A stretch of DNA of 64,000 nucleotides, from the IMG/VR virus record IMGVR_UViG_3300044723_005784, positions 1-64,000 of that record; one strand, written 5' to 3'. Of the stretch, positions 52,605-63,085 are shown piece after piece (the stretch's first letter is position 1; every line of letters starts with the position of its first letter). The DNA is from a virus. Lineage: Duplodnaviria; Caudoviricetes. A program made the translations under genes and the position numbers. The notes beneath the pieces were generated by a model. That model did not search any database and was not told the origin of the DNA. It worked only from the letters and a program-made list of their open reading frames with translations.

Positions 52605-55600
52605 ATGGCAATAGTACTTCGTAGTCAAAAGACATCACCCATAACGTTTGAAGAAATGGACGGTAACTTCACTGACATTAATGGTAGGGTGACTACTGTT
52701 GAAGCTAACCATATAAAAAATGTTAATGGTTTAACTGCTGACAGTAACAATGCTATTGTTTTAGATACTGACGATATCAGTGAAGCAAGTGGTGGCGCAA
52801 CAAACATTTGGTTCACTAACGCTAGAGCAAGAGCAGCTATTAGTATTACTGATAGTGGCGGGGATGGTAGTTTAAGTTACAACAGTACAACAGGTGTCAT
52901 TACATATGTAGGACCAAGTGCTAGTGAAGTACGTGCACATATCAGTGCTACCTCGGCGACTGGTGTAACATATACTGCTGGCACTGGCGTTATCGCTCTT
53001 GCAAGTATTCCTAATTCAAGTATTACAAACAGCACAATCACAGTCACAGGCGACAGTGGAAGCACTGCTATTGATCTAGGTGATACACTAACTGTAACAG
53101 GCGGCGAAGGTATTGATACTGCACAGAGTGGAGACACATTAACCATAAGCGCAGAAGATGCCAGCAATAGTAATAAAGGTGTTGCAAGTTTTAGTTCAGA
53201 TCACTTTACAGTTACATCAGGTGCAGTTGTACTTAAAATAGATGGCATTGATGAATCTTTAATTGATTTCGGAACAGGCGCTGGTCAAGTTAATACAGCA
53301 AATGTTCCAGAGGATCCTAGCGCAACAGGAAGTACAGGCACACAATATTATACAGATGCTAGAGCAGATGCTCGCATCGCGTCGGCAAGTATTGATGATC
53401 TAAGCGATGTAACTCTAGGTTCATTAACCGACGGTTATGGTTTAACATATAATGCGTCATCTGGTAGACTAGAGCTTGCAGAACTACCGGGCGCAACAGG
53501 CGGTGAAGCAAACCGTGCTGTTAACCAAGCAGTAGCAAATAGCGTAGGCCTATTCAAAGAAAAAGTCGGCGTCGAACTTAGATTTAGAAGTATTACCGGC
53601 GATAGTAATATAGTTCTTACACAAAATACAGATGATGTAAACATTGCACTTTCTAGTTCACCAGAGTTTGGCAACATTAAAATTAACAGTGCTGCAAACA
53701 CTATTGAAAATACAAGCACTAACGCAGACTTGATCCTAGCACCAAATGGTACAGGATCTGTTTTAATTGATGGTACATTAGAACCTAATGCAGATAGCAG
53801 TTACACACTAGGTGCAAGTGGCAATGAATGGTCACAAGCCTATATTGATACAGTTACAGCAACTAACGTTGCAGGTACACTCACTACCGCTGCACAGACA
53901 AACATTACAAGTGTTGGTACACTCGATGGTATTACGATTGCAGGCAGTCAAACAATTAGCATGGGTTCAAACAGAGTAACAAACGTTACAGATCCAAGCG
54001 GTGCACAAGACGCTGCAACTAAAAATTATGTTGACAGTGCATTAAGTAGCGGTACAACAATTTTTACACTACAAGCAGATAGTGGAAGCAATGATGCCGT
54101 AGAGACAGGCAATACAGTTGATTTTGAAGGCACCGCAAACGAAATTGAAACTACAGTAAGTTCTAACAAGATTACTATTGGACTGCCAACTAATGTTACA
54201 GTTGCAAACGACTTAACAGTTGGTAACGCACTTACAGTCACCGGTAACCTAACAGTTAATGGTACAACCACAACAGTCAGCAGTACAGAACTTGCTATCG
54301 AAGATGGTAAGATTCAGATTGGTGTAAACAACGAAAGCAGTGATGCAATTGACATGGGTTTTGTTGGACACTACTACAATGGTGTACGCAGAGGACATGC
54401 AGGTCTATTCCGTGATGCAACTGATAAAAAGTTCAAGCTCATGGGAGACTATGGACCAGAACCAAACCAGACAACCATAGACACAGATGATGAACATTTT
54501 CAACTTGCTGATCTGGTGTTACGCAGTTTGGAAATAGGCGACACAGACAATCCAAGCATGGCAATCAGAGGTTCAAGACTGGAAACCATAAACAGTAACC
54601 AGAGCATTGAATTGGAAACAAGTGGCACAGGCATTGTTGATATTGGTGCAGATGTACGACTAAAAGCACAAGCAGATTTACGTTTTGCTGATGCAGACAG
54701 TAGTAACTATGTAGCGTTTCAAGCACCTGCTACAGTAGCAAGTAATATTATTTGGACACTACCAAGTGCAGATGCAGCAGTAAGTGGTTATGCACTAGTT
54801 AGTAATGCTGCTGGCACACTAAGTTGGGCTGCTGCTGGCGCAACAACAACCAGTGATACAACAACAAATGCTGAAGAACAACTTTACTTTGGCGATATAA
54901 CAAGTGGTGCTGTTACAGCAGTTCATCACGATGCAGATTTTACCTATAACCCTAGTACTGGCACACTTACTGCTGATACGTTTAATGGCGCACTCAGTGG
55001 TAACGCTAATACTGCTACGTCAGCAACAACTGCTACAAACGTAACAGTAGCAGACGAAAGCACAGATACGTCTTGTAATGTTGTATTTGTTACCGCTGCA
55101 ACTGGTAATTTGCCTCCTAAGACAGGAACAAACTTAACATTCAACAGTAGTACTGGCGCATTAACCGCAACATCATTTAGTGGTTCACTTACTGGTAATG
55201 CCAATACAGCGACCACTGCAACCACAGCTACAAACGTTACAGCAACAGCAAACAATGCTACTAACGAAACTGTATACGTTACATTTGTTGACGGTACAAC
55301 TGGTGCACAAGGTATTGAAACAGACACTAGCTTAACTTATAATCCTAGCACCAATACACTTACAACAAGTATTTTCTCAGGTACTGCAACTAATGCACAA
55401 TACGCTGACTTGGCAGAACGTTATCTACCAGATGCAGAATATCCATTTGGTACAGTAATGACAGTTGGTGGCGGAGCAGAAGTAACATATTGTACACAAG
55501 ACAGCATACCTGTAGGCGTGATAAGTACTGCACCAGCCTATCTAATGAATAGCGATTTAGAAAACGGTGTTGCTGTCGCACTAGTTGGTCGTGTCCCAGT

Positions 55601-55754
55601 TCGTGTAGTAGGTTCAGTTGTAAAGGGTCAAGCGGTTTATGCGGATCACGACGGAGTCGCTAGTGCGACAGCAGAAGGCGAGCGTGTTGGTATTGCTCTT
55701 GAAACAAATGACGACACAGGTGAAAAACTTGTTGAATGTGTACTAAAGGTATAA
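52605..55754 (+). CDS. Tail fibre protein with C-terminal YADLAE intramolecular-chaperone-like domain
   Basis: EMDGNF N-terminus, FTNARARAAIS, DAATKNYVD, and AQYADLAERY...GVISTAPAYLMN...VALVGRVPVRV. Confidence 0.8.
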   Translation: MAIVLRSQKTSPITFEEMDGNFTDINGRVTTVEANHIKNVNGLTADSNNAIVLDTDDISEASGGATNIWFTNARARAAISITDSGGDGSLSYNSTTGVITYVGPSASEVRAHISATSATGVTYTAGTGVIALASIPNSSITNSTITVTGDSGSTAIDLGDTLTVTGGEGIDTAQSGDTLTISAEDASNSNKGVASFSSDHFTVTSGAVVLKIDGIDESLIDFGTGAGQVNTANVPEDPSATGSTGTQYYTDARADARIASASIDDLSDVTLGSLTDGYGLTYNASSGRLELAELPGATGGEANRAVNQAVANSVGLFKEKVGVELRFRSITGDSNIVLTQNTDDVNIALSSSPEFGNIKINSAANTIENTSTNADLILAPNGTGSVLIDGTLEPNADSSYTLGASGNEWSQAYIDTVTATNVAGTLTTAAQTNITSVGTLDGITIAGSQTISMGSNRVTNVTDPSGAQDAATKNYVDSALSSGTTIFTLQADSGSNDAVETGNTVDFEGTANEIETTVSSNKITIGLPTNVTVANDLTVGNALTVTGNLTVNGTTTTVSSTELAIEDGKIQIGVNNESSDAIDMGFVGHYYNGVRRGHAGLFRDATDKKFKLMGDYGPEPNQTTIDTDDEHFQLADLVLRSLEIGDTDNPSMAIRGSRLETINSNQSIELETSGTGIVDIGADVRLKAQADLRFADADSSNYVAFQAPATVASNIIWTLPSADAAVSGYALVSNAAGTLSWAAAGATTTSDTTTNAEEQLYFGDITSGAVTAVHHDADFTYNPSTGTLTADTFNGALSGNANTATSATTATNVTVADESTDTSCNVVFVTAATGNLPPKTGTNLTFNSSTGALTATSFSGSLTGNANTATTATTATNVTATANNATNETVYVTFVDGTTGAQGIETDTSLTYNPSTNTLTTSIFSGTATNAQYADLAERYLPDAEYPFGTVMTVGGGAEVTYCTQDSIPVGVISTAPAYLMNSDLENGVAVALVGRVPVRVVGSVVKGQAVYADHDGVASATAEGERVGIALETNDDTGEKLVECVLKV

Positions 55755-55761
55755 TATAATA

Positions 55762-56421
55762 ATGAATGAAGAGAAAGATATGGACAACAAAATAGAAGAG
55801 CCTGAAACACCCTTCAAGGAAAAGGGCGGAGTTCACATGGAAGGACACATTCGCATCTTTGACCCAGATAGTGGTGAAGAATATGTAAACAAGCGCAATG
55901 CTATTCACTATGAAAATATGAGTGAAGCATTAGCACTAAGTTTGAGTAATAAGACCACAGGGTTTGTTCATGAAATGGCATTTGGAAACGGTGGAACAAA
56001 TGTTGACCCAACAGGCGTAATTACATATCTACCTGCCAATAGTACAGGACAAAGTTCTAGTCTATACAACCAAACATATTATAAAGTGGTTGATGATAAC
56101 AGCAGTTTGAACACTGATGCTGGCAGAAATAAATTAACTGTTAACCACGTCAGTGGTAACATTTATAGTGATATTGTTGTTAGCTGTTTGCTAGACTATG
56201 GCGAACCAAGCGGACAGCAAGCATTTGATAATACAAGCAATTTTAATGATACATATACATTTGACGAGCTTGGGCTTAAAAGCTGGATTGGCACAGTTAA
56301 TACAGGTAAGTTAATAACACATGTTATCTTTCACCCTGTGCAAAAGAGTCTAAACCGATTAATTCAGATAGATTACACGATTAGGATTCAAACTTTGACT
56401 AATCTGAGCAGTATTAGTTAA
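55762..56421 (+). CDS. Virion/baseplate structural protein
   Basis: 219 aa; NAIHYEN, MAFGNGG, FDELGL and THVIFHPVQKSLNR. Confidence 0.65.
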   Translation: MNEEKDMDNKIEEPETPFKEKGGVHMEGHIRIFDPDSGEEYVNKRNAIHYENMSEALALSLSNKTTGFVHEMAFGNGGTNVDPTGVITYLPANSTGQSSSLYNQTYYKVVDDNSSLNTDAGRNKLTVNHVSGNIYSDIVVSCLLDYGEPSGQQAFDNTSNFNDTYTFDELGLKSWIGTVNTGKLITHVIFHPVQKSLNRLIQIDYTIRIQTLTNLSSIS

Positions 56422-56474
56422 CAGTATATATATTAAGACTGATAAATAAAATAAAGTTTGTGGAGAACAATTAA

Positions 56475-57935
56475 ATGGCCTATACAATTAATAAGACAAA
56501 TGGCGCGGTCCTTAGTACGATTTCCGACGGAACAGTTGATAGTACTACAGATCTTACGCTAATTGGTAAAAACTACGCTGGTTATGGTGAGTTTCAAAAT
56601 GAAAACTTTGTAAAATTACTTGAAAATTTTGCTAATTCTAGTGCACCAGGTGCGCCAGTTGCAGGACAGATGTGGTGGGATACAGCAAATAGCCTACTAA
56701 AGGTATATACCGGAACAGCATTTAAAACTGTAAGTTCCAGTACTGCAAGTGCTAGTACACCAAGTAGCAGTGTTACTGGTGACCTTTGGTGGGATACAAC
56801 CAACGGACAGTTGAAAGTTTACAACGGTAGTGGATTTACCACAATTGGTCCTGCGTTCACAAGTGGCACAGGAACATCCGGTGCTATTGTTGAAACTGTC
56901 ACAGACAGTGGCGCAACCGATCACGTTGTTGTTAAACTTTATGTTAATAACACTGTTGTTGGTACAATTTCAAAAGACGCACAGTTTACTCCACAAAGTG
57001 CAATATCTGGTTTTGCTACAATTGATCCAGGTTTCCAAGTTAGCTCAACAGTTAGTGGTGCTAAATTTGTTGGTACAGCAACTGATTCAGATGCACTTGG
57101 TACAGTAGCAGCAAGTGCTTATCTAAGAAGTGATCAAAGTGATAGCACATCCGGCGTTTTCAGTGTCCTCAACGACACAGGGTTGGTTGTTGGTGTTGAT
57201 AGTGACCTTACTGTTGGCATAAGCGGAAGTAACGTACAAGTTAAGAACGTAGCCAGTGACGGTGACATTATTTTTAATGTAAACGACGGCGGCGTTGATA
57301 CAATGGCACTAACCATTGATGGCGCAACTGCAAGAGTTCAAGTAGCAGGTGCTCCAGTAGCATCTCTTGATGTTGCAACAAAAGCATATGTAGACTCAAC
57401 AGTTAGTGGTGCAGGCGCACTAGCAGCAGACGGTAGCGTAGCACTAGCAGGAGTATTGAGTCCTGATGCTAACAACACACGTGATATGGGTACAGGCAGT
57501 TTAAGATATGCCACAATTTTTGCTACAACGTTTAACGGTACAGCAACATCAGCACAATACGCTGACGTTGCGGAGAATTTCTCAGCAGACGCTAGTTATT
57601 CTCCTGGTACAGTAGTAGCACTTGGTGGTGCACAAGAAATTACTCGTGTAAACGAGGAAGCAAGCGATCAAGTGTTTGGTGTTATATCAGAGAAGCCAGC
57701 ATATTTAATGAACGCTGGTCTAGAACATGGACTTCCAGTTGCTGTAACAGGTCGTGTACCAGTTAGAGTACTTGGTATGGTAAATAAAGGTGAGAGACTT
57801 GTTAGCGCAGGCGATGGGCTAGCAAGAAGAGCACAACCAGGCGAAGCAACTTCATTTAATGTAATTGGCCGTGCAATTGAATCCAAAACAACACAAAGCG
57901 AAGGGTCAGTTGAAGCCTTTGTGACAATTAACTAA
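56475..57935 (+). CDS. Short tail fibre protein with YADVAE C-terminal domain
   Basis: LIGKNYAGYGE..NENFVKLLENFA, GQMWWD and GDLWWD repeats, AQYADVAENF; GATAAATA at 56441-56448. Confidence 0.75.
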   Translation: MAYTINKTNGAVLSTISDGTVDSTTDLTLIGKNYAGYGEFQNENFVKLLENFANSSAPGAPVAGQMWWDTANSLLKVYTGTAFKTVSSSTASASTPSSSVTGDLWWDTTNGQLKVYNGSGFTTIGPAFTSGTGTSGAIVETVTDSGATDHVVVKLYVNNTVVGTISKDAQFTPQSAISGFATIDPGFQVSSTVSGAKFVGTATDSDALGTVAASAYLRSDQSDSTSGVFSVLNDTGLVVGVDSDLTVGISGSNVQVKNVASDGDIIFNVNDGGVDTMALTIDGATARVQVAGAPVASLDVATKAYVDSTVSGAGALAADGSVALAGVLSPDANNTRDMGTGSLRYATIFATTFNGTATSAQYADVAENFSADASYSPGTVVALGGAQEITRVNEEASDQVFGVISEKPAYLMNAGLEHGLPVAVTGRVPVRVLGMVNKGERLVSAGDGLARRAQPGEATSFNVIGRAIESKTTQSEGSVEAFVTIN

Positions 57936-57949
57936 TAGGAATTTTATGA

Positions 57950-58891
57950 ATGGCATATACTAGCGGAGACACAATTGAAGCTGCACACTACAATGGTTTT
58001 GTTACCAGTGTTAATGCACTTTGGGGAACAGGAACAAGTAATAGGGGCATTGGACAAACCACTACTGTTAGTACAGTTAGTTCAACAAATACTATTACTG
58101 CAACACAGTGGAGCACGCTGCTAGATAGAATTCGTTCAATTAGCGACCATTACGGTCAAGACGGTAGTATTACAATTGATACAGTAACTAACCCAAGTGC
58201 AACTGATACAATTAGTGCACTCGCAACAGTAGCAACTGATATTGGTACTATTGATAGTGCACAAATTGCTGTCGGCGCTGTGGCAGCGGGTTATCAAACA
58301 GCCGTTACAGATACAGCAGTAGTAAGCGGAACATTTACAAATACAATTACACAAACCGATACACTTACATTTGCTAGTGCTAATGCAATGCGTTACTTCT
58401 TTAACGCAGGCGGCCGTGTATACGTAGATTGGACAATTAGTGGCGGTACTGCCGACGCCAAGTACAATGAGTGGGTAGATCTAGTAAGTAAGTGTGGTAG
58501 TTATTACATTTACAATACCACAGGCGGTAAGAGTGGTGGCAGTGGTAGTCCAACAACAAACCTAACAACCACAGGTTTCTGGGACTTGGGTACAGGCACA
58601 ACAACAATGTTCAAGCAGCTTGCAGATACCTCACCCTACACAGCTAACTATATTCAGCTACAAGCGTCATTGAATGCCGCAGCAGGTAGTTCAACTATAA
58701 TGACACTAACCAGCACTTGGAAGGATGATGCAGCAGACCAAACATCATACAACAAGAACATTTATAACGTTCTTGACCAAGTTAATGGTAGCAAGACAAC
58801 AACATTCGGTTATCAAGCACCAAATACAACATACATTAGTGCAACCTGGGGCACACCCAGCTGGGCAACAACAGTTAACACAGAATCTTAA
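57950..58891 (+). CDS. Virion structural protein
   Basis: 313 aa, Thr-rich, MAYTSGDTIEAAHYN and RYFFNAGG. Confidence 0.65.
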   Translation: MAYTSGDTIEAAHYNGFVTSVNALWGTGTSNRGIGQTTTVSTVSSTNTITATQWSTLLDRIRSISDHYGQDGSITIDTVTNPSATDTISALATVATDIGTIDSAQIAVGAVAAGYQTAVTDTAVVSGTFTNTITQTDTLTFASANAMRYFFNAGGRVYVDWTISGGTADAKYNEWVDLVSKCGSYYIYNTTGGKSGGSGSPTTNLTTTGFWDLGTGTTTMFKQLADTSPYTANYIQLQASLNAAAGSSTIMTLTSTWKDDAADQTSYNKNIYNVLDQVNGSKTTTFGYQAPNTTYISATWGTPSWATTVNTES

Positions 58892-58897
58892 TAGTAA

Positions 58898-58926
58898 TTG
58901 ACAGAGCTATATAGCCCTGTTATACT
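58898..58926 (+). promoter_or_regulatory. Sigma70 promoter with palindromic spacer; leaderless start
   Basis: TTGACA(58898-58903)-17 nt-TATACT(58921-58926), extended TG; ATG at 58933. Confidence 0.75.
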
Positions 58927-58932
58927 ATATAA

Positions 58933-59259
58933 ATGACCTTAGAAACATTTGAACAATTCGCACGCCAGCGACTTGACCACAATCGTCAACGCTTGGCTCT
59001 TAAAGAACAACAGGAACAACGTCTAACACTGGCATATGATGGTGGGCAGTTTAGAGTTACGGTAGAACTAATGGCGCTACTAGCAACATGGCCCGCAGAT
59101 GAACTGCTATATATCGTAGACGACTACGATAATCCAGTAAAGATTGTTGATGCTTGTGACATGCTAGTACACTGTAGACAACACTGGTACGAAGTAATGA
59201 ATGATTGGCACAATCAACATGCTGAATTAAAAAAGGTTAGACGTGTAGAACAACTATGA
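58933..59259 (+). CDS. Hypothetical protein
   Basis: 108 aa, first gene of the modification-enzyme operon; ATGA overlap with the next gene. Confidence 0.65.
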   Translation: MTLETFEQFARQRLDHNRQRLALKEQQEQRLTLAYDGGQFRVTVELMALLATWPADELLYIVDDYDNPVKIVDACDMLVHCRQHWYEVMNDWHNQHAELKKVRRVEQL

Positions 59260-60041
59260 GCAAGGGTGCACTACTACTTGCTACACCACATGAAACAATA
59301 GACTACATAGGTTTTGCTAAACTAGCTGCCAAACTTGTAGAAAAACACTTAGACATTGAAACACATATACATGTAGGTGAAGCACGGCCAGGTAATACTA
59401 GAGCGTTCCGCTGGCACAATGGCGAAGTTGTTACAGTGCCATGGTATAACAGTGATAGAACACTAGCATATGATTTAAGCCCTTATGATGAAACACTGCT
59501 AATAGACGTAGACTACCTTACGTTTAATGACAATCTTAAACAGTACTTTGGTAGTGCAAATGAGTTTTTATGTTATGATCAGGTATGGGATGTTACCTCC
59601 ACAAATAGTTTCCGTAACGATCAAAGGATGACCAGGGCCGGCCATCCAATGTTATGGGCTACAGTCGTTTACTTTCGCAAGTGTGAATTAGCATATAACA
59701 TATTTGAGATGATGAAGAACGTACAACTCAACTGGCAATACTATTCAAAGTTTTGGGGATTTATGGCAGGAAAATATCGCAATGACTTTGCCCTCACTAT
59801 TGCACACCAACTAATGTATGGCTACAGTGCTGGCACATACTTTAATCATAGGCTCGCAAGTCTGAGCACAATGGATACTATCTATAGTACGAAAGATGAT
59901 GAACTTAACATACGCTATCAAGACGGTGACAAGTATAATGCTGTTAAACTTAAAGGTGTAAACCTACACTGTATGAACAAAGCCTGCTTACAGGATCCAG
60001 AAATATATGGAGCACTAGATGCGTATGCAACCCAAGGATGA
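59256..60041 (+). CDS. GT-A fold nucleotide-diphospho-sugar transferase
   Basis: LSPYDETLLIDVD (DxD), WATVVYF, RNDFALTIA, and HCMNK. Confidence 0.7.
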   Translation: MSKGALLLATPHETIDYIGFAKLAAKLVEKHLDIETHIHVGEARPGNTRAFRWHNGEVVTVPWYNSDRTLAYDLSPYDETLLIDVDYLTFNDNLKQYFGSANEFLCYDQVWDVTSTNSFRNDQRMTRAGHPMLWATVVYFRKCELAYNIFEMMKNVQLNWQYYSKFWGFMAGKYRNDFALTIAHQLMYGYSAGTYFNHRLASLSTMDTIYSTKDDELNIRYQDGDKYNAVKLKGVNLHCMNKACLQDPEIYGALDAYATQG

Positions 60042-60867
60042 GCCACAGGGTTGGCTAACATTTGCACAAAACAGTGCTGATACCAATTATGTAGATCTTG
60101 CCTACTTGCTTGCTCTTAGTATCAAGGCAACGTGTAAACATAATAGGTTTGCAATAGCTGTTGACGAGGAGAGTGAATCTAATATAAATACACGACAACG
60201 TAAAGTATTTGATCACATTATTGTTGTCCCTCACATGGAACCTTTTTATAACGAGGCTCTTGCACTAGACATTACTCCTTTTAAAGAAACATTTAAAGTA
60301 GAAAGTGATATGATTGTTCCTCGCAATTTAGATCATTGGTGGAATGGTTGCAGAATACAAGATGTATGTTATACTAATAATGTAAGAGATTATCGTGGCA
60401 ATATTGCCACTAGTAGGAAATATAGAAAGTTTTTTGATGCCAATTATCTTGATGATGCTTATAATGGGTTTTCATATTTTAGGTTTAGCCGCACTAGTGT
60501 GGACTTTTTTAGTGCTATGCAAACTATCATACACGGGTGGGACAATTTACGCAATAGTGTTCTTAATAATAGTATCTATGATAAACCTGATACTGATGTT
60601 TTATATGGGCTGGCTCAACAGCATCTGGGATTACCTTGCTCAAATAATTTGAGTTACCCAACGTTTACGCACATGAAGCCAGCAATAAATGGTTGGAAAG
60701 AAAGCGTAAACTGGCAGGATGCCGTGCCCTGGACTCTTACAAACGACTTTGATTTTATAGTTGGAGGATATGCACAACAGTATCCATTCCATTATTATGA
60801 TAAAACATTTTGCACACCAGAAATGACAGACAGATATGAGCATAGAGTTAGAACAAGCACTAATTAA
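60019..60867 (+). CDS. GT-A fold glycosyltransferase-like paralogue
   Basis: YVDLAYLLALSIK, TPFKETFKVESD (ExD), YNGFSYF, TDVLY, HMKP and PFHY. Confidence 0.65.
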   Translation: MRMQPKDEPQGWLTFAQNSADTNYVDLAYLLALSIKATCKHNRFAIAVDEESESNINTRQRKVFDHIIVVPHMEPFYNEALALDITPFKETFKVESDMIVPRNLDHWWNGCRIQDVCYTNNVRDYRGNIATSRKYRKFFDANYLDDAYNGFSYFRFSRTSVDFFSAMQTIIHGWDNLRNSVLNNSIYDKPDTDVLYGLAQQHLGLPCSNNLSYPTFTHMKPAINGWKESVNWQDAVPWTLTNDFDFIVGGYAQQYPFHYYDKTFCTPEMTDRYEHRVRTSTN

Positions 60868-61150
60868 TACCACCAAGCGTAAAAAAGTCGTTAATGAAAG
60901 ACGTTTGCGCTATAATAGTGATACAGGTGAAGTTATAGACTACTGCCATGTAGATAAAACAGATGTATGGGGCGAGCCTTATATTATCATACAAGATGAT
61001 ACACAGGTCTATCCTATAAGACAACGTGTACGTGAAGGTAAACTCGTAGATATTGATACAGCTATACATGTATACTGGCAAGCAACACCAGCAGAAACAA
61101 TTATTAACAACCCTTATTTTTGTAAGAGAGAACTAGAATGGAAGCAGTAA
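60836..61150 (+). CDS. Hypothetical protein
   Basis: 104-aa ORF overlapping both neighbours in the operon. Confidence 0.55.
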   Translation: MSIELEQALINTTKRKKVVNERRLRYNSDTGEVIDYCHVDKTDVWGEPYIIIQDDTQVYPIRQRVREGKLVDIDTAIHVYWQATPAETIINNPYFCKRELEWKQ

Positions 61151-61941
61151 GTGATGTACCACAGGTAGAACGTGATAAGGCATGGACTACTATTAGGCCG
61201 TTTGGACCAAGTATTATTCGAGGACGAATGAGCGACGAATTGCAATCAGTATTGTGTGGTTTGTTTAAACAGCAGGGTGACAAAGAAGAGCTAACACCAG
61301 AAGAAGACAATGCTTGGACACTGGCAGGCAATAACAAACGTGAGTTTTTAATCACACAAGACCTACTGGGAGAAAATGCACAAATGTTCCAGGACTGTAT
61401 TAACAAAGGTGCTAGTCAGATTTATCTAGCTCATGTTAACGTAACCTGGGAAAGTCAGAAGGGCGTAGCAACTCCCAAACATATAGAACTAATAGAAGAA
61501 AATCTTAACAATATTAATCTTACAGTGGGTATTCACACAGCCTGGGGAAACATTAGCGTAGCAGGAGATTTTAACCCTGCACATCAGCATACAGGAGAAG
61601 TAAGCGGCGTGGGCTACCTCAAAATGCCTGACGATATTGAACGTGAATGGCTGTTAGAGGATCATGATCCCAGTGCAGGTATGATTAACTTCCATGATGG
61701 TAGACCCAACACTGGTGCAGTACACATGTATAGAATTAAACCAGTTGTGGGAGATATTTTCTTCTTTCCAGCATGGCTACCGCACAGCGTTCATCCTTTC
61801 CGCAGCAAAGGTGAACGCTGGAGTTTTAGTTTTAATCTAAGCATCCAGAACTTAAATGAAGATATCAATTTAACAGATTTACAAAAAGCAGAGTTACGTG
61901 TTGAGCGTAAAAGATTATTAAAGGACTTTAAAAATGACTGA
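61138..61941 (+). CDS. 2OG-Fe(II) oxygenase superfamily protein
   Basis: FNPAHQH...SGVGY...GDIFFFPAWLPHSV...RWSFSFN (HxH...H...RxS). Confidence 0.85.
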   Translation: MEAVSDVPQVERDKAWTTIRPFGPSIIRGRMSDELQSVLCGLFKQQGDKEELTPEEDNAWTLAGNNKREFLITQDLLGENAQMFQDCINKGASQIYLAHVNVTWESQKGVATPKHIELIEENLNNINLTVGIHTAWGNISVAGDFNPAHQHTGEVSGVGYLKMPDDIEREWLLEDHDPSAGMINFHDGRPNTGAVHMYRIKPVVGDIFFFPAWLPHSVHPFRSKGERWSFSFNLSIQNLNEDINLTDLQKAELRVERKRLLKDFKND

Positions 61942-62161
61942 AATATACATTCCTTATCCGTTTGAGGTAAACCAAGCAGACAAAATTACATATGAAAAAG
62001 CACAGGTAGCAAAAGAGTTAATTGAACAAGTTCAAGCCTTTTGCGAGTCTAACTTAACTGAGTCATATGAAGTTAGTCACATTGCATATGCAAAAGGTAT
62101 TCGCGTTGATGTTGATGCAACCGATGATGTAGAAAAGTTACTAAGATTTCAGGATACGTAA
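61934..62161 (+). CDS. Hypothetical protein
   Basis: 75 aa with AAGGA SD, coupled to the upstream gene. Confidence 0.55.
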   Translation: MTEIYIPYPFEVNQADKITYEKAQVAKELIEQVQAFCESNLTESYEVSHIAYAKGIRVDVDATDDVEKLLRFQDT

Positions 62162-62164
62162 ACA

Positions 62165-63079
62165 GTGTTAGTTGATGTTGCAGACTTGGATTGTATCTAT
62201 CTTAGTTACGACGAGCCTAAGAAAGAAGAGTTCTGGGCACAAATACAAAACATCGTACCTTGGGCTAAAAGAGTAGATGGAGTGCAAGGCAGTGATGCGG
62301 CGCACAAGGCTGCGGCATCAGAGTCAGAAACAGACCGCTTTATACTAATAGACGGCGACAACATTCCAGACCAACACTTTTTTGACATACAGTTAGACAT
62401 TAAGGAAGAATACAAGGATTTCGTCTTCCGCTGGAAAGCCCGTAATGATATTAACGGACTCATGTACGGCAATGGCGGACTAAGTTGCTGGACTCGAGAG
62501 TTTGTGCAAAACATGCAAACACACGAAGCAACTGACGGCACTGATGAGACTGTGGTGGAGTTCTGTTTCGATAGCAAATACATTTCCATGAACAATGTGT
62601 ATAGTACCACGTATCCTAATGGTGATGCCAAACATGCATGGAGAGCAGGCTTTAGGGAAGGTGTTAAAATGTGTCTTAACAAAGGACGCAAGCCTAGCCT
62701 AGAGGAGTTTCACGAACAAGTTCATGCTAAGAACTATGACAAATTGTGTATATGGCATAGTGTGGGTCAAGATAGTGAGTACGGCTTTGAAGCGATGGTT
62801 GGCGCCAGATACGGTACCTATAAGCTAATGTGTACTGAATGGGATTGGCATGAAGTTAGGGACTTCCAAGCATTGGACACCCTATGGGAAGAACATGAAT
62901 ACACGGTCGACGAATACATAGAATGGGGTGCCATTTTAAGACGAAAACTACTTCTTCCCATCGTGAACTACACAGCAGAAGAGAGTCGATTCTTCAAACA
63001 CTATTACAGTCAGACCTATCATGAACATGAACCTATGACTACAGAACTAGAAGTTATTAGGAGGATTGAAGGGTGGTAA
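62165..63079 (+). CDS. Glycosyltransferase-like protein (GT-A)
   Basis: YLSYDEP, VDGVQGSDAAH, FILIDGD (DxD), YGNGG and AWRAGFREGVK. Confidence 0.6.
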   Translation: MLVDVADLDCIYLSYDEPKKEEFWAQIQNIVPWAKRVDGVQGSDAAHKAAASESETDRFILIDGDNIPDQHFFDIQLDIKEEYKDFVFRWKARNDINGLMYGNGGLSCWTREFVQNMQTHEATDGTDETVVEFCFDSKYISMNNVYSTTYPNGDAKHAWRAGFREGVKMCLNKGRKPSLEEFHEQVHAKNYDKLCIWHSVGQDSEYGFEAMVGARYGTYKLMCTEWDWHEVRDFQALDTLWEEHEYTVDEYIEWGAILRRKLLLPIVNYTAEESRFFKHYYSQTYHEHEPMTTELEVIRRIEGW

Positions 63080-63085
63080 TGGTTT

